A stretch of 57,737 nucleotides of DNA from the NCBI GenBank assembly GCA_027001995.1, contig JALTLO010000068.1, forward strand, positions 1 to 57,737, written 5' to 3'. Every line of letters starts with the position of its first letter. Positions within the stretch are counted from its first letter, which is position 1. Under the pieces are notes generated by a model. The model did not search any database. It had not been told where the DNA came from and saw only the letters and a list, made by a program, of their open reading frames with translations. Shown one piece after another: positions 36,206-46,822 of the stretch. The DNA comes from Planctomycetota bacterium. Lineage in GTDB: Bacteria > Planctomycetota > GCA-002687715 > DRQF01. A program made the translations under genes and the position numbers.

Positions 36206-38131
36206 TCAATCACTCCAAGCATTGTTGGCGCGATTTACATCTGGCAAGCGGACCTTTGGATCGATGGTCACCTGGACGATCTTCCTCGTCGTCTTGATCG
36301 GCACCTCAATGCGATTCGAATTAAACCAGATTTCGACAGCAAGACGGTGTTCGGACACGCTGCCATCGCCATAAGTGATTGTCCACTTGAGGGGCATTAC
36401 CATGGCTCCTCGATTCTCAAAAATGATTTTAGCCCCTTCCTTTTTCTTCCTTTGCGAAACAGACACAACCGCTTGGTCAAGGCGAGAGCTGGTCAAAAAC
36501 CATCCACGCCAAAACCACGCCAAATCCATCCCCGCAGCATCTTCCATCAAACGAAAGAAATCGGCAGGCCGTGGGGATTTGAAAGCCCAACGCTGAATGT
36601 ACTTCTTAAAGGCAAAATCGAATCGTTCAGCCCCAAGAACTTCTTCTCTTAAGATCTTGAGCCCCAAGGCTGTCTTGGAATATTCGATTATTCCTAGGTG
36701 GCGACGATCCAGCCGATCCGGCTGAGTGACAATAGGCGCAAGGTTCTCTTGCCGCATGAAGCGAGCCATGTTGGCCGGCGTCCCCCGTGCCCGCACGCCG
36801 ACGTTGGGCCAATCGGGCCGGGAATAAAGGTTAATGAATGAATTGAAACCCTCGTCCATCCAAGCATGGCGACGTTCGTCGGTATTCACCAACATTGGAA
36901 ACCAATTGTGACCAATCTCATGGGTCGTCACGCCATAGAGCCCGGCTTCACTCTTGCGGGCTCCACAAAAGATGATCATCGGATATTCCATACCACCCTC
37001 GGGCCCATTGACGTTGGTGGCCACCGGATAGGGATAGGGAAACCACCGTTTGTTGTAACCGCGTATGGCTGTCTTCAGCATCTGGGTGCTTTTCTTCCAC
37101 AGGGGAAGAGCTTCCTTTGGATAGGCCGACTGGATGAGAATCCCGTTTTCACTGGCGGCGTCTAGGATAAAAGCTGATGAAGAAGCGAAAGCAAATGTCC
37201 GCACCTTGTGAGCCACGAAATGCCAAGTCAAAGGACCATCCCCGTCCGGCCGACTTCCTTGTGTGCCCACTTCACTTGGGCCACAAACCATGATGGTTTC
37301 ATCACTCTTTGCGGCCAGATCGCGGCGCTTTTTTTGTTCGGCAGTAAAGACTTCGCCTGCGTTCTGCAGCACTCCTGTGGCAACAACAATATGGCTTCGG
37401 GGCACGGTAATCTTGACGTCGTAAGATCCGAAGTTGGTGTAGAACTCACCGGTGCCAATATAAGGGAGCGTATTCCAACCATAGACATCGTCATAGACGG
37501 CCATGGCCGGGAACCACTGGGCTAGCTCAAAGACAATTCCTTGCTCCAGTTTCTCAGCACCAAAGCGACGAAAGACTTTGTCAGGAACAACAAAGCTCCA
37601 TGCGATGTCAAATACGAACTGACCGCCATTCGCTGCAATCGTCTTGGGGGGAACGATTCGAGCAATCGTTCCATACATGCTCATCTGCAGAGCTTCTCCC
37701 ATAGAAGAAACGGAAGTCACAATCATGCCATCTCCCGAAGCATTCTTCATTCCTATGGCGGTTTGACCGGACAATTGGGCCCCAATACTGTCAGCCTTAA
37801 AAATGTTCTGCTCCAAGTGAATCCAAACGTAATCCAATTCATCGGGAGAATTGTTGACGTAGGTAATACGTTCTTTGCCCTTCAGCATGCGACTCTGCTC
37901 GTTTAGCTCGACTTCGATGACATAGTCTGCTTGCTGCTGCCAATAGGCGGGCCCAGGAGAACCAGCCCCGTTGCGCATGGCATTAGGAGCAGGAAGGTCC
38001 AAGGGGGCGAAAATCGTCCCTGTTGGCCAGGCCTTCGACACCCGCGGAAAGGGCGTTTGGGCTGAGGAAACTGGACAGAAGGAGGCGACAAATAGAAGAG
38101 CAACAAGTAACATCAACTTCGACATGGGCAT
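36206..38131 (-). CDS. M1 family metallopeptidase, exported
   Basis: Signal peptide, YWQQQADY, GGMEYP and HEIGHNW...WMDEG. Confidence 0.92.
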   Translation of the reverse strand: MPMSKLMLLVALLFVASFCPVSSAQTPFPRVSKAWPTGTIFAPLDLPAPNAMRNGAGSPGPAYWQQQADYVIEVELNEQSRMLKGKERITYVNNSPDELDYVWIHLEQNIFKADSIGAQLSGQTAIGMKNASGDGMIVTSVSSMGEALQMSMYGTIARIVPPKTIAANGGQFVFDIAWSFVVPDKVFRRFGAEKLEQGIVFELAQWFPAMAVYDDVYGWNTLPYIGTGEFYTNFGSYDVKITVPRSHIVVATGVLQNAGEVFTAEQKKRRDLAAKSDETIMVCGPSEVGTQGSRPDGDGPLTWHFVAHKVRTFAFASSSAFILDAASENGILIQSAYPKEALPLWKKSTQMLKTAIRGYNKRWFPYPYPVATNVNGPEGGMEYPMIIFCGARKSEAGLYGVTTHEIGHNWFPMLVNTDERRHAWMDEGFNSFINLYSRPDWPNVGVRARGTPANMARFMRQENLAPIVTQPDRLDRRHLGIIEYSKTALGLKILREEVLGAERFDFAFKKYIQRWAFKSPRPADFFRLMEDAAGMDLAWFWRGWFLTSSRLDQAVVSVSQRKKKEGAKIIFENRGAMVMPLKWTITYGDGSVSEHRLAVEIWFNSNRIEVPIKTTRKIVQVTIDPKVRLPDVNRANNAWSD

Positions 38132-38243
38132 GGTATCCTTCAGGAGTTCGGCCTATGGTAAGGGGAAAAACCGCATCTGTCGATTAGATCAAGCCACTGG
38201 ACTCGACCATTGAAGATCCTCAAATTCGACTGAAAGAAGGCAC

Positions 38244-38969
38244 ATGAATCGTCTCACTCAATGCAATTATCTGGCAATAATTACCGGCGTCATTCTCGGA
38301 TTATTGATTCTCACCAGTTGCCAAAGTGGCAGCAAGGATGAAGGTGAAAGTACCTCTGGACAAGAGAGTCCACTGAAGATTTTCCCATTCAGTTTCGAGA
38401 ACGTTCCGATCGGCGAAATTCATCCCCAATGGAAGATTGAAGCCACCCGCTCCAAAGGACCACTGGCTACTTGGCAGGTGACCGAAGACCCCACTGCCCC
38501 AACAGGTCAAAAAGTCCTGGCGTTGACCGATCAGAATCACGATTCAGGCAGCACATTCAATTTGTGTTGGACCGACGACTTATCATTCCAAGACGGTGAG
38601 ATATCCGTTTCCTTCAAGGCGAACACAGGGGAGATTGATCAGGGAGGTGGAATTATTTGGCGGGTGCAAGACAAAGACAACTATTACATCGCTCGATTCA
38701 ATCCTTTAGAAAACAATTTTCGCATCTACTTCGTGAAAGACGGCATTCGCCGAACCCTCGCCGACGCTCAAGTGAGCCTCCCGGCGCAGAAATGGCACAC
38801 GCTTACCATCCGTCAAAGAGGCAATCAATTCGAAGGACTTCTCAATGGCAAATCACTGCTGAAGGGCGAAAACGACGTGTTCTCCCTTGCCGGAGGCGTG
38901 GGGCTTTGGACGAAGGCTGATGCCGTCACTTCCTTTGACACCTTTGTGGTCATTGCCTCGGACAGGTAG
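38244..38969 (+). CDS. Lipoprotein with a concanavalin-A-like (DUF1080-like) domain
   Basis: Lipobox LTSC, GEIDQGGGIIWR...YYIARFNPLENN and GGVGLWTKAD. Confidence 0.75.
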   Translation: MNRLTQCNYLAIITGVILGLLILTSCQSGSKDEGESTSGQESPLKIFPFSFENVPIGEIHPQWKIEATRSKGPLATWQVTEDPTAPTGQKVLALTDQNHDSGSTFNLCWTDDLSFQDGEISVSFKANTGEIDQGGGIIWRVQDKDNYYIARFNPLENNFRIYFVKDGIRRTLADAQVSLPAQKWHTLTIRQRGNQFEGLLNGKSLLKGENDVFSLAGGVGLWTKADAVTSFDTFVVIASDR

Positions 38970-39087
38970 CCGAATCGCCGAAATTTGAATCGAATAGAAC
39001 TGCTGAATTCACAAGGGGATCGACTTCTGGTATTCTCACCGGTCTTGAGATGAACTAGAGATCGTTCCTTAATTCCGGTGGTACTCG

Positions 39088-41004
39088 ATGAAGATTCACG
39101 TTGGACTTGACGCGTTCTGCGCATCCCTGGACTTGGTCCCTGTAGCTGTTGTCATGGCGAACCCAAAGGGAACGATCGTCCACGCCAACCCCATGCTCAT
39201 TGGACTTTTCGACTGTGTGAAGTCCAACATTCTGGGGGAGAATATCCAAACCTTCAAGGCGCAAGACCTTGATTCAGCCCAACACGCCGACCGAGAGATT
39301 TGTCTCCGTGAACCGATGACGGAAGGCTCGGAAGTGACGGAGATCCGCGCATCCATTAAGAGAAATGGTGCGATCTTTGATGCCGAATGGAATTCGGTAT
39401 CGATCCGAATTCAAGGCGATCCTTACATCCTGACAACCATTCACGACATATCCGCGGTGCAATCGTCCGGGCGGATGTTGACCCAGCTGATCGAGTCCTT
39501 GGACGCCGTCGCCTGGGAAGCAAACGGCAGCACTTTTCAGTTCACCTACATCAGTAAGAACGTCGAGAACCTACTTGGCTACCCAGTCGAGCATTGGCTG
39601 CACGACGGTAGTTTCTGGAAGGACCACGTCCACGAAGATGACCGTTCCGAAGCCGTCAAGTTCTGTACGCTGCATACACAAAACGAAAAAAACCACGAAT
39701 TCGAATACCGCATGATCGCTGCGGATGGGCGTATCGTTTGGATTCGCGACACTGTCAACGTGGTAAGAACAAGCTCAGACGGGCTTCAGCTCCGTGGGCT
39801 ATTCGTCGACATCACTCAACGAAAAAAGGAAGCGGCAGAAAAAATCGCCATGGAAGCGCGTCTTCAGAACACACAAAAGATGGAGAGCTTGGCAGTATTG
39901 GCTGGTGGCATCGCCCACGACTTCAACAATCTTCTTGTGGGCATACTAGGCAATGCCGGGCTTGTTCTGAGGGACCTACCAGCGGAATCGCCGGTCATCT
40001 CTATGGTTGAAACCATCGAATCAGCAGCCAACCGAGCCGCGGACCTCACCAAGCAACTACTTGCCTATTCTGGCAAGGGTCGTTTTGTGGTCAAGACTCT
40101 AGATGTGAACCTCCTCATCAACGAAATGGCTCACTTGTTGGAAACTGTTGTCTCCAAAACAGCCATCCTCAAACTCGATCTTGCCCCCGACCTCCCCCCC
40201 ATCACTGCGGATGGAACCCAAATTCGACAAGTTGTGATGAACCTCATCACCAACGCCTCTGATGCCATTGGCGACAAGAGTGGCGTTATCAGTATCACCA
40301 GTGGCTTAGTAGAAGCCGATGCCAACTACCTAGGTGGTATCTATATGGATCAGAATCTGAAACCCGGCCCTTACGTTTTTATCGAGGTTACGGATACAGG
40401 AATTGGCATGGACGAAACCACCCGCGCCAAGATATTCGACCCCTTCTTCTCGACCAAATTCACGGGCCGAGGCTTGGGGCTGGCAGCGACCTTGGGGATC
40501 GTGAATGGTCATGGCGGCACAATTCGTGTCTACAGTGAGGTCGGCCGGGGCACAGCTTTTAAGATCCTCCTCCCCGCCGCCATAGACCAGGTGGCAACAC
40601 CCGAGGACAACTCAAATGGGCATCGAAGCCGAGCAAAATTCGACGGAAAGGTTCTCATCGTTGATGACGACGAAACGGTTTGCGCCGTCCTGAAACGCAT
40701 TCTCCAGTCCTGTGGTTTGGAGGTCGTCGCAGCCAATGATGGTACCCACGGAGTTGCCCTATTCGAAAAAGACAATAATCAATTCGACATCATCTTCCTT
40801 GATCTGACCATGCCTCACATGGGAGGAGAAGAAGCATTTCGACGGATCAGATCAATGAAATCAAACGCCCGCGTCGTCATCATGAGTGGTTACAACGAAC
40901 AAGAGATCACCACCCGTTTCGTCGGCAAAGGGCTGGCCGCATTTTTGCAAAAGCCCTTCCACGTCGAACAGGTGATCGAGGTTGTCAACCAGATCATGGG
41001 ATGA
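39088..41004 (+). CDS. Cytoplasmic PAS-PAS hybrid histidine kinase / response regulator
   Basis: Two PAS/PAC regions, H-box LAGGIAHDFNN, N/G boxes (NLITNASDA, DTGIG, GRGLGLA) and receiver DLTMP. Confidence 0.93.
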   Translation: MKIHVGLDAFCASLDLVPVAVVMANPKGTIVHANPMLIGLFDCVKSNILGENIQTFKAQDLDSAQHADREICLREPMTEGSEVTEIRASIKRNGAIFDAEWNSVSIRIQGDPYILTTIHDISAVQSSGRMLTQLIESLDAVAWEANGSTFQFTYISKNVENLLGYPVEHWLHDGSFWKDHVHEDDRSEAVKFCTLHTQNEKNHEFEYRMIAADGRIVWIRDTVNVVRTSSDGLQLRGLFVDITQRKKEAAEKIAMEARLQNTQKMESLAVLAGGIAHDFNNLLVGILGNAGLVLRDLPAESPVISMVETIESAANRAADLTKQLLAYSGKGRFVVKTLDVNLLINEMAHLLETVVSKTAILKLDLAPDLPPITADGTQIRQVVMNLITNASDAIGDKSGVISITSGLVEADANYLGGIYMDQNLKPGPYVFIEVTDTGIGMDETTRAKIFDPFFSTKFTGRGLGLAATLGIVNGHGGTIRVYSEVGRGTAFKILLPAAIDQVATPEDNSNGHRSRAKFDGKVLIVDDDETVCAVLKRILQSCGLEVVAANDGTHGVALFEKDNNQFDIIFLDLTMPHMGGEEAFRRIRSMKSNARVVIMSGYNEQEITTRFVGKGLAAFLQKPFHVEQVIEVVNQIMG

Positions 41005-41039
41005 TTGACAGGGATTCTCTCATTCACATTGGCACAGGA

Positions 41040-41612
41040 TTAGTCTTTGGAGCGCCCTTGGAATTCGCCGGTCTCCGTTGAAATCTTCACTTTTTCGCCA
41101 ACAGCGATATGAAGAGGCACTTTGATTTCAAGTCCAGTCTCCACCACGGCTCTCTTGAAAAGGTTGGAGACAGTATTGCCTTTGGCGGCGGGCTCGGACT
41201 CAATCACAGTCAAACTCACATGCCCCGGCAAGTCGAGAGATACGGCACTTTCACCGTGAAAGGTCAAGTTACACTCATAGTTCTCGGCGACATAGGGCAT
41301 GTCTTCGCCAACCACGTCAGCCTGCAACTCATACTGTTCGTAGTTCTTCTGGTCCATGAAGACAAAGGCCCCAGACCCTTCATCCTTGTAGAGATACTGA
41401 CACTTGCGTGTCTCTAGAAACGCAACTTCGAAGGAATCCCCACTACCAGCGCGAATGTGCTTCCAACCACCGGTAGACAGACTCTTGCATTTCATCGTGA
41501 TGATAGCCCGCAAGTTCCCGGGTGTATGATGGTGATATTTCACGACTTGCCAAAGATCATTGTCGATATCGAGAACATTTCCCTTGCGGATTTCGGTAGC
41601 GCGGCGTCCCAT
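41040..41612 (-). CDS. efp: Translation elongation factor P
   Basis: ATEIRKGNVL, HHTPGNLRA loop, QYLYKD, FMDQKNYEQ, KGNT and ETGLEIKVP. AGGAG before ATG 41612. Confidence 0.93.
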   Translation of the reverse strand: MGRRATEIRKGNVLDIDNDLWQVVKYHHHTPGNLRAIITMKCKSLSTGGWKHIRAGSGDSFEVAFLETRKCQYLYKDEGSGAFVFMDQKNYEQYELQADVVGEDMPYVAENYECNLTFHGESAVSLDLPGHVSLTVIESEPAAKGNTVSNLFKRAVVETGLEIKVPLHIAVGEKVKISTETGEFQGRSKD

Positions 41613-41795
41613 AGAACACTCCTTGGTTATCAATTTATAGGTCAGGAGGTTAACTTGTTCAGCCACCTGGAGCAACGCACCCAAAATGTTGGATTTCAGG
41701 TAGAAATAGAGCTGTGAGACAGAGGACAGACCCAGAACTGGACGTCTTCCGAGGATTGCGGGTTAGATTCCCTGAGCTGATATAGAGGCACATTC

Positions 41796-44477
41796 ATGAC
41801 GCAGATGACAATTAACTCAATTCTATTGCTCCTGGTCACGCTGAGTTTGGTGGGCTGCGTCCACCATCCACCCCTCGTGCTGAGCCCTGAAATGCAAGCA
41901 CGCCTGAAGGCCGAGGGGATCTCGGAGGAGTTGGCCCACGACCGGGCCGGCCGAATCAGTCACTTGTCCTACAAATTAGACCTCATCATTGACCCTAAGA
42001 AAGACAAGTTTCAGGGCACCTGTGCGATGGACTTCTCCCTTCGGGAACCACATGCCCCTCTCATGATTGACTTTCGCGGGAAAACCGTCGAGCGCATCCA
42101 GGTAAACGGCGCAACCATAGCAATCAACCAAGTGGCGAATCACTTGGAGATCGATTATCTCTATCTCATCGACGGCAGAAACCGAATCGAAATTGACTAC
42201 ACGGCTGGCATCGGTGCCGCTGGCGAGGGCATCATTCGGGTGGAAGATAAGGACGATGGCAGTACCTACCTCTACACACTCAACGTGCCTGCCGATGCTC
42301 ACCGAGTCTTCCCATGTTTCGACCAACCAGACCTCAAGGCCACCTTCGAACTTCATGTTTCTTTGCCGGCAGTGCCTCGTGGCTCGACCCCTCGAACGGT
42401 CGTAAGCAACGGTGCTCGTATCTCCATCACAGCCCCCGACGACGAGAGCCCACGTACGGGAGACAAGTACAGCTTCGCCAGAACCAAGCCCATCTCAACC
42501 TACTTATTCGCATTTGCCATTGGACACTTCCACGAGATTCAATCGACCGGCAACGGACGTCCCATGTCCTTTTTCGGACGCAAGAGCCAAAAAAAACTAA
42601 TGGAGACTCATGCCTCAGATATTTTCAGACTCCACCAACAGGCTTGCGAATTCTTAGAAAACTGGTTCGGTATTGACTATCCCTTCTCAAAGTTTGAGTT
42701 TGTCTGCGTGCCTGATTTTCCCTTTTCCGGAATGGAGCATCCGGGCTGCATCTTCTATGGCGAAGACCCCATGTTGTTCCGCAGCTCCGTGTCAAAATTG
42801 AGGAAAGCGCGACGAGCTGATCTCATCGCCCACGAGACTGCCCACATGTGGTTTGGCGACTTGGTGACCATGCCTTGGTTCGATGACGTTTGGCTGAAAG
42901 AAGGTTACGCCACCTTCATGGCCCACAAGACATTGGAAACTCTCATTCAAGACGTTGACCATGAAACAGCCTTCTTCTTGAGAAACTATCCCAGCGCTTT
43001 GGAAACCGATGTGACTGAAGGCTCGGCACCCATGCGCCAACCACTCGCCAATATGGATGACGCGAAGTCCAATTATGGCCCAATCATCTATCGCAAAGGG
43101 CCAGCCGTACTGCGCGCCTTAGAATACATGATTGGTTCAGACGCCTTTCAAGAAGGCTCGAGACTCTTCTTAGACCGGCACTCTTTCACCAATGGTTCAT
43201 GGGAGGATCTTAGGGTTGCCTTAGAAGACGCATGGGGAAAGGGGCGTGGTTCCTTGAAGGCCTTTGGGAAAATCTGGATCGAACGAGGTGGGGCCCCCAC
43301 CGTTGTGAGTGCATTGATGCGGGAAAGAGATGGCAAATCGCGGCTTGTCATCAAACAGCAGGCATCATCGGGAGCTGATCGTTCTTGGCCCCTTGCCCTT
43401 GAGGCCTGCTGGTTCAATGACGAAGGAAAGATCGTCTCGCAGAAACAGAGCTTCACGGGTGATCAAGTTGTTGTCGCAGACATCGAAAGTGCAAAGAGCT
43501 TCAGCTTCGCCAACTTCAAGAACAGAGCCTACGCTCGATTCGAGCTGGACCAGAATTCCCGCCGATTCGTATTGGAAAACTTCTCTGCCTTTCAAGATCA
43601 GCTATTGCGAGCAATGCTCTGGGAAAGTCTTTGGAGTGCAGTCGAAAACAACAAACTGGATCCCGCCACCTTTGTGTCATTCGCCCATGAACATCTGTTC
43701 ACCGAAACAGACCAAAGGCTCTTGAGCTTAGTGCTAGGACGATTGCAAACCATCATCTCCCGCTATCTAAACGATGAAGAACGCCAGACCGCATCCCAGA
43801 GTATCGAAGATAGCTTGACCAATGCCGTGGAAGGCAAAATGTATCAGAAAGGAACGCGGCTCCTCCTACTCCGGCAATTCATCAGTTTCGCCAGGTCCAA
43901 GAACGGCTTGGAGAAACTTGTGAGTTTGGCAGAAGGCAGCTACGACGGCGGAGGGCTAAAAGTCTCGAGTCGTGATCGATGGAACGCCATCACACGGCTT
44001 ATGTTACTGGGGGATTCCCGGGCTGATTCCCTCTTGGACATGATGTCTGCCAACGAATCCGGCGACGAAGCAAGACGACGCATTTTCTTGGTGGAATGCG
44101 CCCGGGGCACCTCAGAGAGCAAAGCCGAAATGTATCGGAGGTTCTTTGAAGACAAAGATCTGCCTGAGCGATGGGTCCAAGACGGAGCCGCTATTTTCTT
44201 CGCATCGGAGCAGGCCTTCCTGACCAATACATTCTTGGAAGACGCTCTCGATCGCCTGGAGTGGATAAAAGCCAACCGCAAGATATTCTTCTTAGCTGCT
44301 TGGAGCAACGCGGTCATCAAGAGCCGCTTGAGTTCAGCGAGCGCCCACACCATCAAGCGTTTCTTGGGACAGAAGAGCATTCCTGCCGACATCCGTCGTA
44401 AAGTCCAAGTCCCTCTCTATCACCTCAAACGGACAATAGCAGTCAGAATAAGCACGGGAGCATCAGTGGGTGGCTGA
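41796..44477 (+). CDS. pepN: Aminopeptidase N (M1), probable lipoprotein
   Basis: Lipobox LVGC, FPCFDQPDLKA, SGMEHPG, HETAHMWFGDLVT...WLKEG, YRKG and an ERAP1-like helical C-terminus. Confidence 0.9.
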   Translation: MTQMTINSILLLLVTLSLVGCVHHPPLVLSPEMQARLKAEGISEELAHDRAGRISHLSYKLDLIIDPKKDKFQGTCAMDFSLREPHAPLMIDFRGKTVERIQVNGATIAINQVANHLEIDYLYLIDGRNRIEIDYTAGIGAAGEGIIRVEDKDDGSTYLYTLNVPADAHRVFPCFDQPDLKATFELHVSLPAVPRGSTPRTVVSNGARISITAPDDESPRTGDKYSFARTKPISTYLFAFAIGHFHEIQSTGNGRPMSFFGRKSQKKLMETHASDIFRLHQQACEFLENWFGIDYPFSKFEFVCVPDFPFSGMEHPGCIFYGEDPMLFRSSVSKLRKARRADLIAHETAHMWFGDLVTMPWFDDVWLKEGYATFMAHKTLETLIQDVDHETAFFLRNYPSALETDVTEGSAPMRQPLANMDDAKSNYGPIIYRKGPAVLRALEYMIGSDAFQEGSRLFLDRHSFTNGSWEDLRVALEDAWGKGRGSLKAFGKIWIERGGAPTVVSALMRERDGKSRLVIKQQASSGADRSWPLALEACWFNDEGKIVSQKQSFTGDQVVVADIESAKSFSFANFKNRAYARFELDQNSRRFVLENFSAFQDQLLRAMLWESLWSAVENNKLDPATFVSFAHEHLFTETDQRLLSLVLGRLQTIISRYLNDEERQTASQSIEDSLTNAVEGKMYQKGTRLLLLRQFISFARSKNGLEKLVSLAEGSYDGGGLKVSSRDRWNAITRLMLLGDSRADSLLDMMSANESGDEARRRIFLVECARGTSESKAEMYRRFFEDKDLPERWVQDGAAIFFASEQAFLTNTFLEDALDRLEWIKANRKIFFLAAWSNAVIKSRLSSASAHTIKRFLGQKSIPADIRRKVQVPLYHLKRTIAVRISTGASVGG

Positions 44478-44651
44478 CACAAGACCCAAATTCAGGGTGT
44501 CGCCCCAATAAGCTCCACTTATTGCAATCATAAAAATCAATAGGACTGACAATCTCCAAGAAAGTCGTATTCTTCTGGTAATGAAGAACAGAGCACAACA
44601 ATCTGGACAGTTCAGATCATTCCGTCGAGGGACCACAGGAGCCCGCAGCCT

Positions 44652-45401
44652 ATGAGCTTCCCAGTCGTGATCTATCTCGGCCCCCTGGCGCTCAACGCCC
44701 ATGTCGTCTTTGAGGCATTGGCCTACTTCATTGGCTTTCGCACCTACTCATGGGGAAGAAAAAACGCCGGTGACATCGTCCGGCCGTCCACACGCTGGAC
44801 GATCATTTTGTCGGCCGCCATCGGCGGTGCCATCGGCTCCAAGCTTCTCCACCACTTGTCTTCCCCTTCACGACTCGCTTCCCATTGGCACGACCCTGTG
44901 TTCATCATGGGTGGTAAGACCATTGTCGGAGGTCTCTTGGGAGGGCTCCTCTGTGTCGAAGCTGTCAAGAAGTACTACGGCATCAAACAATCCACCGGCG
45001 ATCTTTTTGCCATCCCCCTGTGTGTCGCCATTGCCATCGGCAGGATCGGTTGTTTCTTAAGTGGGGTGACGGACGACACAGTGGGTGTTCACACCCAACT
45101 TCCATGGGGTGTCGACTTCGGTGACGGCTTTCGCCACCCCACACCCCTCTATGAGATTCTGTTCTTGCTCTTCTTGGCATGGGCGATCCACAAGAGGAAG
45201 AATCACCCCTACTTTGAGGGACAGCTCTTCAGCCTCTTCATGTTTTCCTATCTGGGGTTTCGTTTTCTCTGCGACTTCCTTAAGGACTATGAGATTCTCT
45301 TTGGCCTCAGAGGAATTCAATGGGCCTGCCTTCTTGGATTGATTCACTATGGCCTTAAGCTGCGCGTAAGTGCTGCCAGATTGAATGGAGTACACCCATG
45401 A
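44652..45401 (+). CDS. Prolipoprotein diacylglyceryl transferase (Lgt)-family membrane protein, divergent
   Basis: Multi-TM protein with AIGRIGCFLSG, LPWGVDFGDG, RHPTPLYE and YLGFRFLCDFLK. These correspond to the Lgt GRxGNF, RHPSQLYE and RFxxEFxR motifs. Confidence 0.82.
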   Translation: MSFPVVIYLGPLALNAHVVFEALAYFIGFRTYSWGRKNAGDIVRPSTRWTIILSAAIGGAIGSKLLHHLSSPSRLASHWHDPVFIMGGKTIVGGLLGGLLCVEAVKKYYGIKQSTGDLFAIPLCVAIAIGRIGCFLSGVTDDTVGVHTQLPWGVDFGDGFRHPTPLYEILFLLFLAWAIHKRKNHPYFEGQLFSLFMFSYLGFRFLCDFLKDYEILFGLRGIQWACLLGLIHYGLKLRVSAARLNGVHP

Positions 45402-46822
45402 CGAACCGCCTTCGATCTTATCAATACTATGACATCGCCGTGTCGATCTGCTCCACTTGCCTCAAGCGAGTCGACGGCAAGATCTTGTTTCAAGACGCAT
45501 GGGTATTTCTCGAGAAACGCTGCCCTGAGCATGGCTTGGAGCGGATCAAGATTGCCGACGACATCGACTATTATCGGCGTTGCCGGGAAGTTTTCATCAA
45601 ACCGTCAGAGATGCCCATGCAGTTCAATACACCCATCAAACATGGTTGTCCCTACGATTGTGGGCTCTGTCCGGACCATGAGCAGCATTCTTGTTTGACA
45701 ATCATTGAACTGGGTGATTTCTGCAATTTGGAATGCCCCGTGTGCTTCGCAAGCTCTGGTCCATCGAACTTAAACTTTCACAGATTCGATCAAGTGTGCG
45801 CCATGCTGGACGCCGTGGTGGCCAATGAAGGAGAGCCAGATGTCGTCCAATTGTCCGGGGGCGAACCCACCCTCCATCCACAATTCTTCGACATCTTGGG
45901 CGAAGCCAAAAAACGACCTATCAAACATCTCATGCTCAACACCAATGGGCTCAAAATCGCTAACGAAGATGGGTTCGCCACGAAGTTGGCTCGCTACATG
46001 CCAGGCTTCGAGATTTATCTCCAGTTCGATTCATTTGAAAAAGACACTCTCATGGGTCTTCGGGGCGCCGACTTAAGATCGGTGCGCAAACGGGCCATTC
46101 AAAAACTCAACGACCTGGGCATATCAACCACCCTCGTAGTAACTCTGCGCCGGGGACAAAACGACGCTGAGATCGGCAAGATCATTGACTATGCCGCCGC
46201 TCAAAGCTGTGTCCGCGGTGTCACCTTACAGCCCATTCAAGATGCTGGTCGCAATGTCGGTTTCAATGAAGCCACAGATCGTTTGACCCTCAGCGAGGTG
46301 AGACGAAAGATCTTGGAGCAAACTTCCTTATTCGCTCCGGAAGACATTATCCCGGTGCCCTGTCACCCGGACGCCTTGGCCATGGCTTACGCCATCAAAA
46401 AAGAAGAGAAACTGATTCCTCTCACCGGGATGATCGACCCGAAGGTCCTCATAGAAGGGGGCCGAAACACCATTTCATTCGAGAAGGATGAAGACCTCAA
46501 AGAGAAGATCTTCGACACTTTCTCAACTGCCCATTCTCCCAAATCTAGCATGGCGAGTTTGAAGAGTCTTCTTTGTTGCCTTCCGAAAATGGACCTGCCT
46601 TCGTCACTGGGTTATGACAACTTGTTCCGCGTCATCATCATGCAGTTCATGGACGCCCATGATTTTGATGTTCGCAGCGTCAAGAAAAGTTGTGTTCACA
46701 TAGTACACCCCAAAGACTTTAGGCTTATTCCATTCGAGACTTACAACCTCTTCTATCGGGGGTCATTGGAAAAAGAAGTCCTCGAACCCCTCAGGCGAAA
46801 GTCGAAGTTGGCTGGCAAATGA
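45398..46822 (+). CDS. Radical SAM enzyme homologous to archaeal tetraether synthase (Tes/GDGT-MAS, MJ0619 family)
   Basis: N-terminal CSTC...CPEHG (rubredoxin-like site), GCPYDCGLCPDH (auxiliary cluster), CNLECPVC (radical SAM motif), SGGEPT, IYLQFD and C-terminal QFMDAHDFDV...SCVH...IPF. Confidence 0.85.
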   Translation: MTNRLRSYQYYDIAVSICSTCLKRVDGKILFQDAWVFLEKRCPEHGLERIKIADDIDYYRRCREVFIKPSEMPMQFNTPIKHGCPYDCGLCPDHEQHSCLTIIELGDFCNLECPVCFASSGPSNLNFHRFDQVCAMLDAVVANEGEPDVVQLSGGEPTLHPQFFDILGEAKKRPIKHLMLNTNGLKIANEDGFATKLARYMPGFEIYLQFDSFEKDTLMGLRGADLRSVRKRAIQKLNDLGISTTLVVTLRRGQNDAEIGKIIDYAAAQSCVRGVTLQPIQDAGRNVGFNEATDRLTLSEVRRKILEQTSLFAPEDIIPVPCHPDALAMAYAIKKEEKLIPLTGMIDPKVLIEGGRNTISFEKDEDLKEKIFDTFSTAHSPKSSMASLKSLLCCLPKMDLPSSLGYDNLFRVIIMQFMDAHDFDVRSVKKSCVHIVHPKDFRLIPFETYNLFYRGSLEKEVLEPLRRKSKLAGK

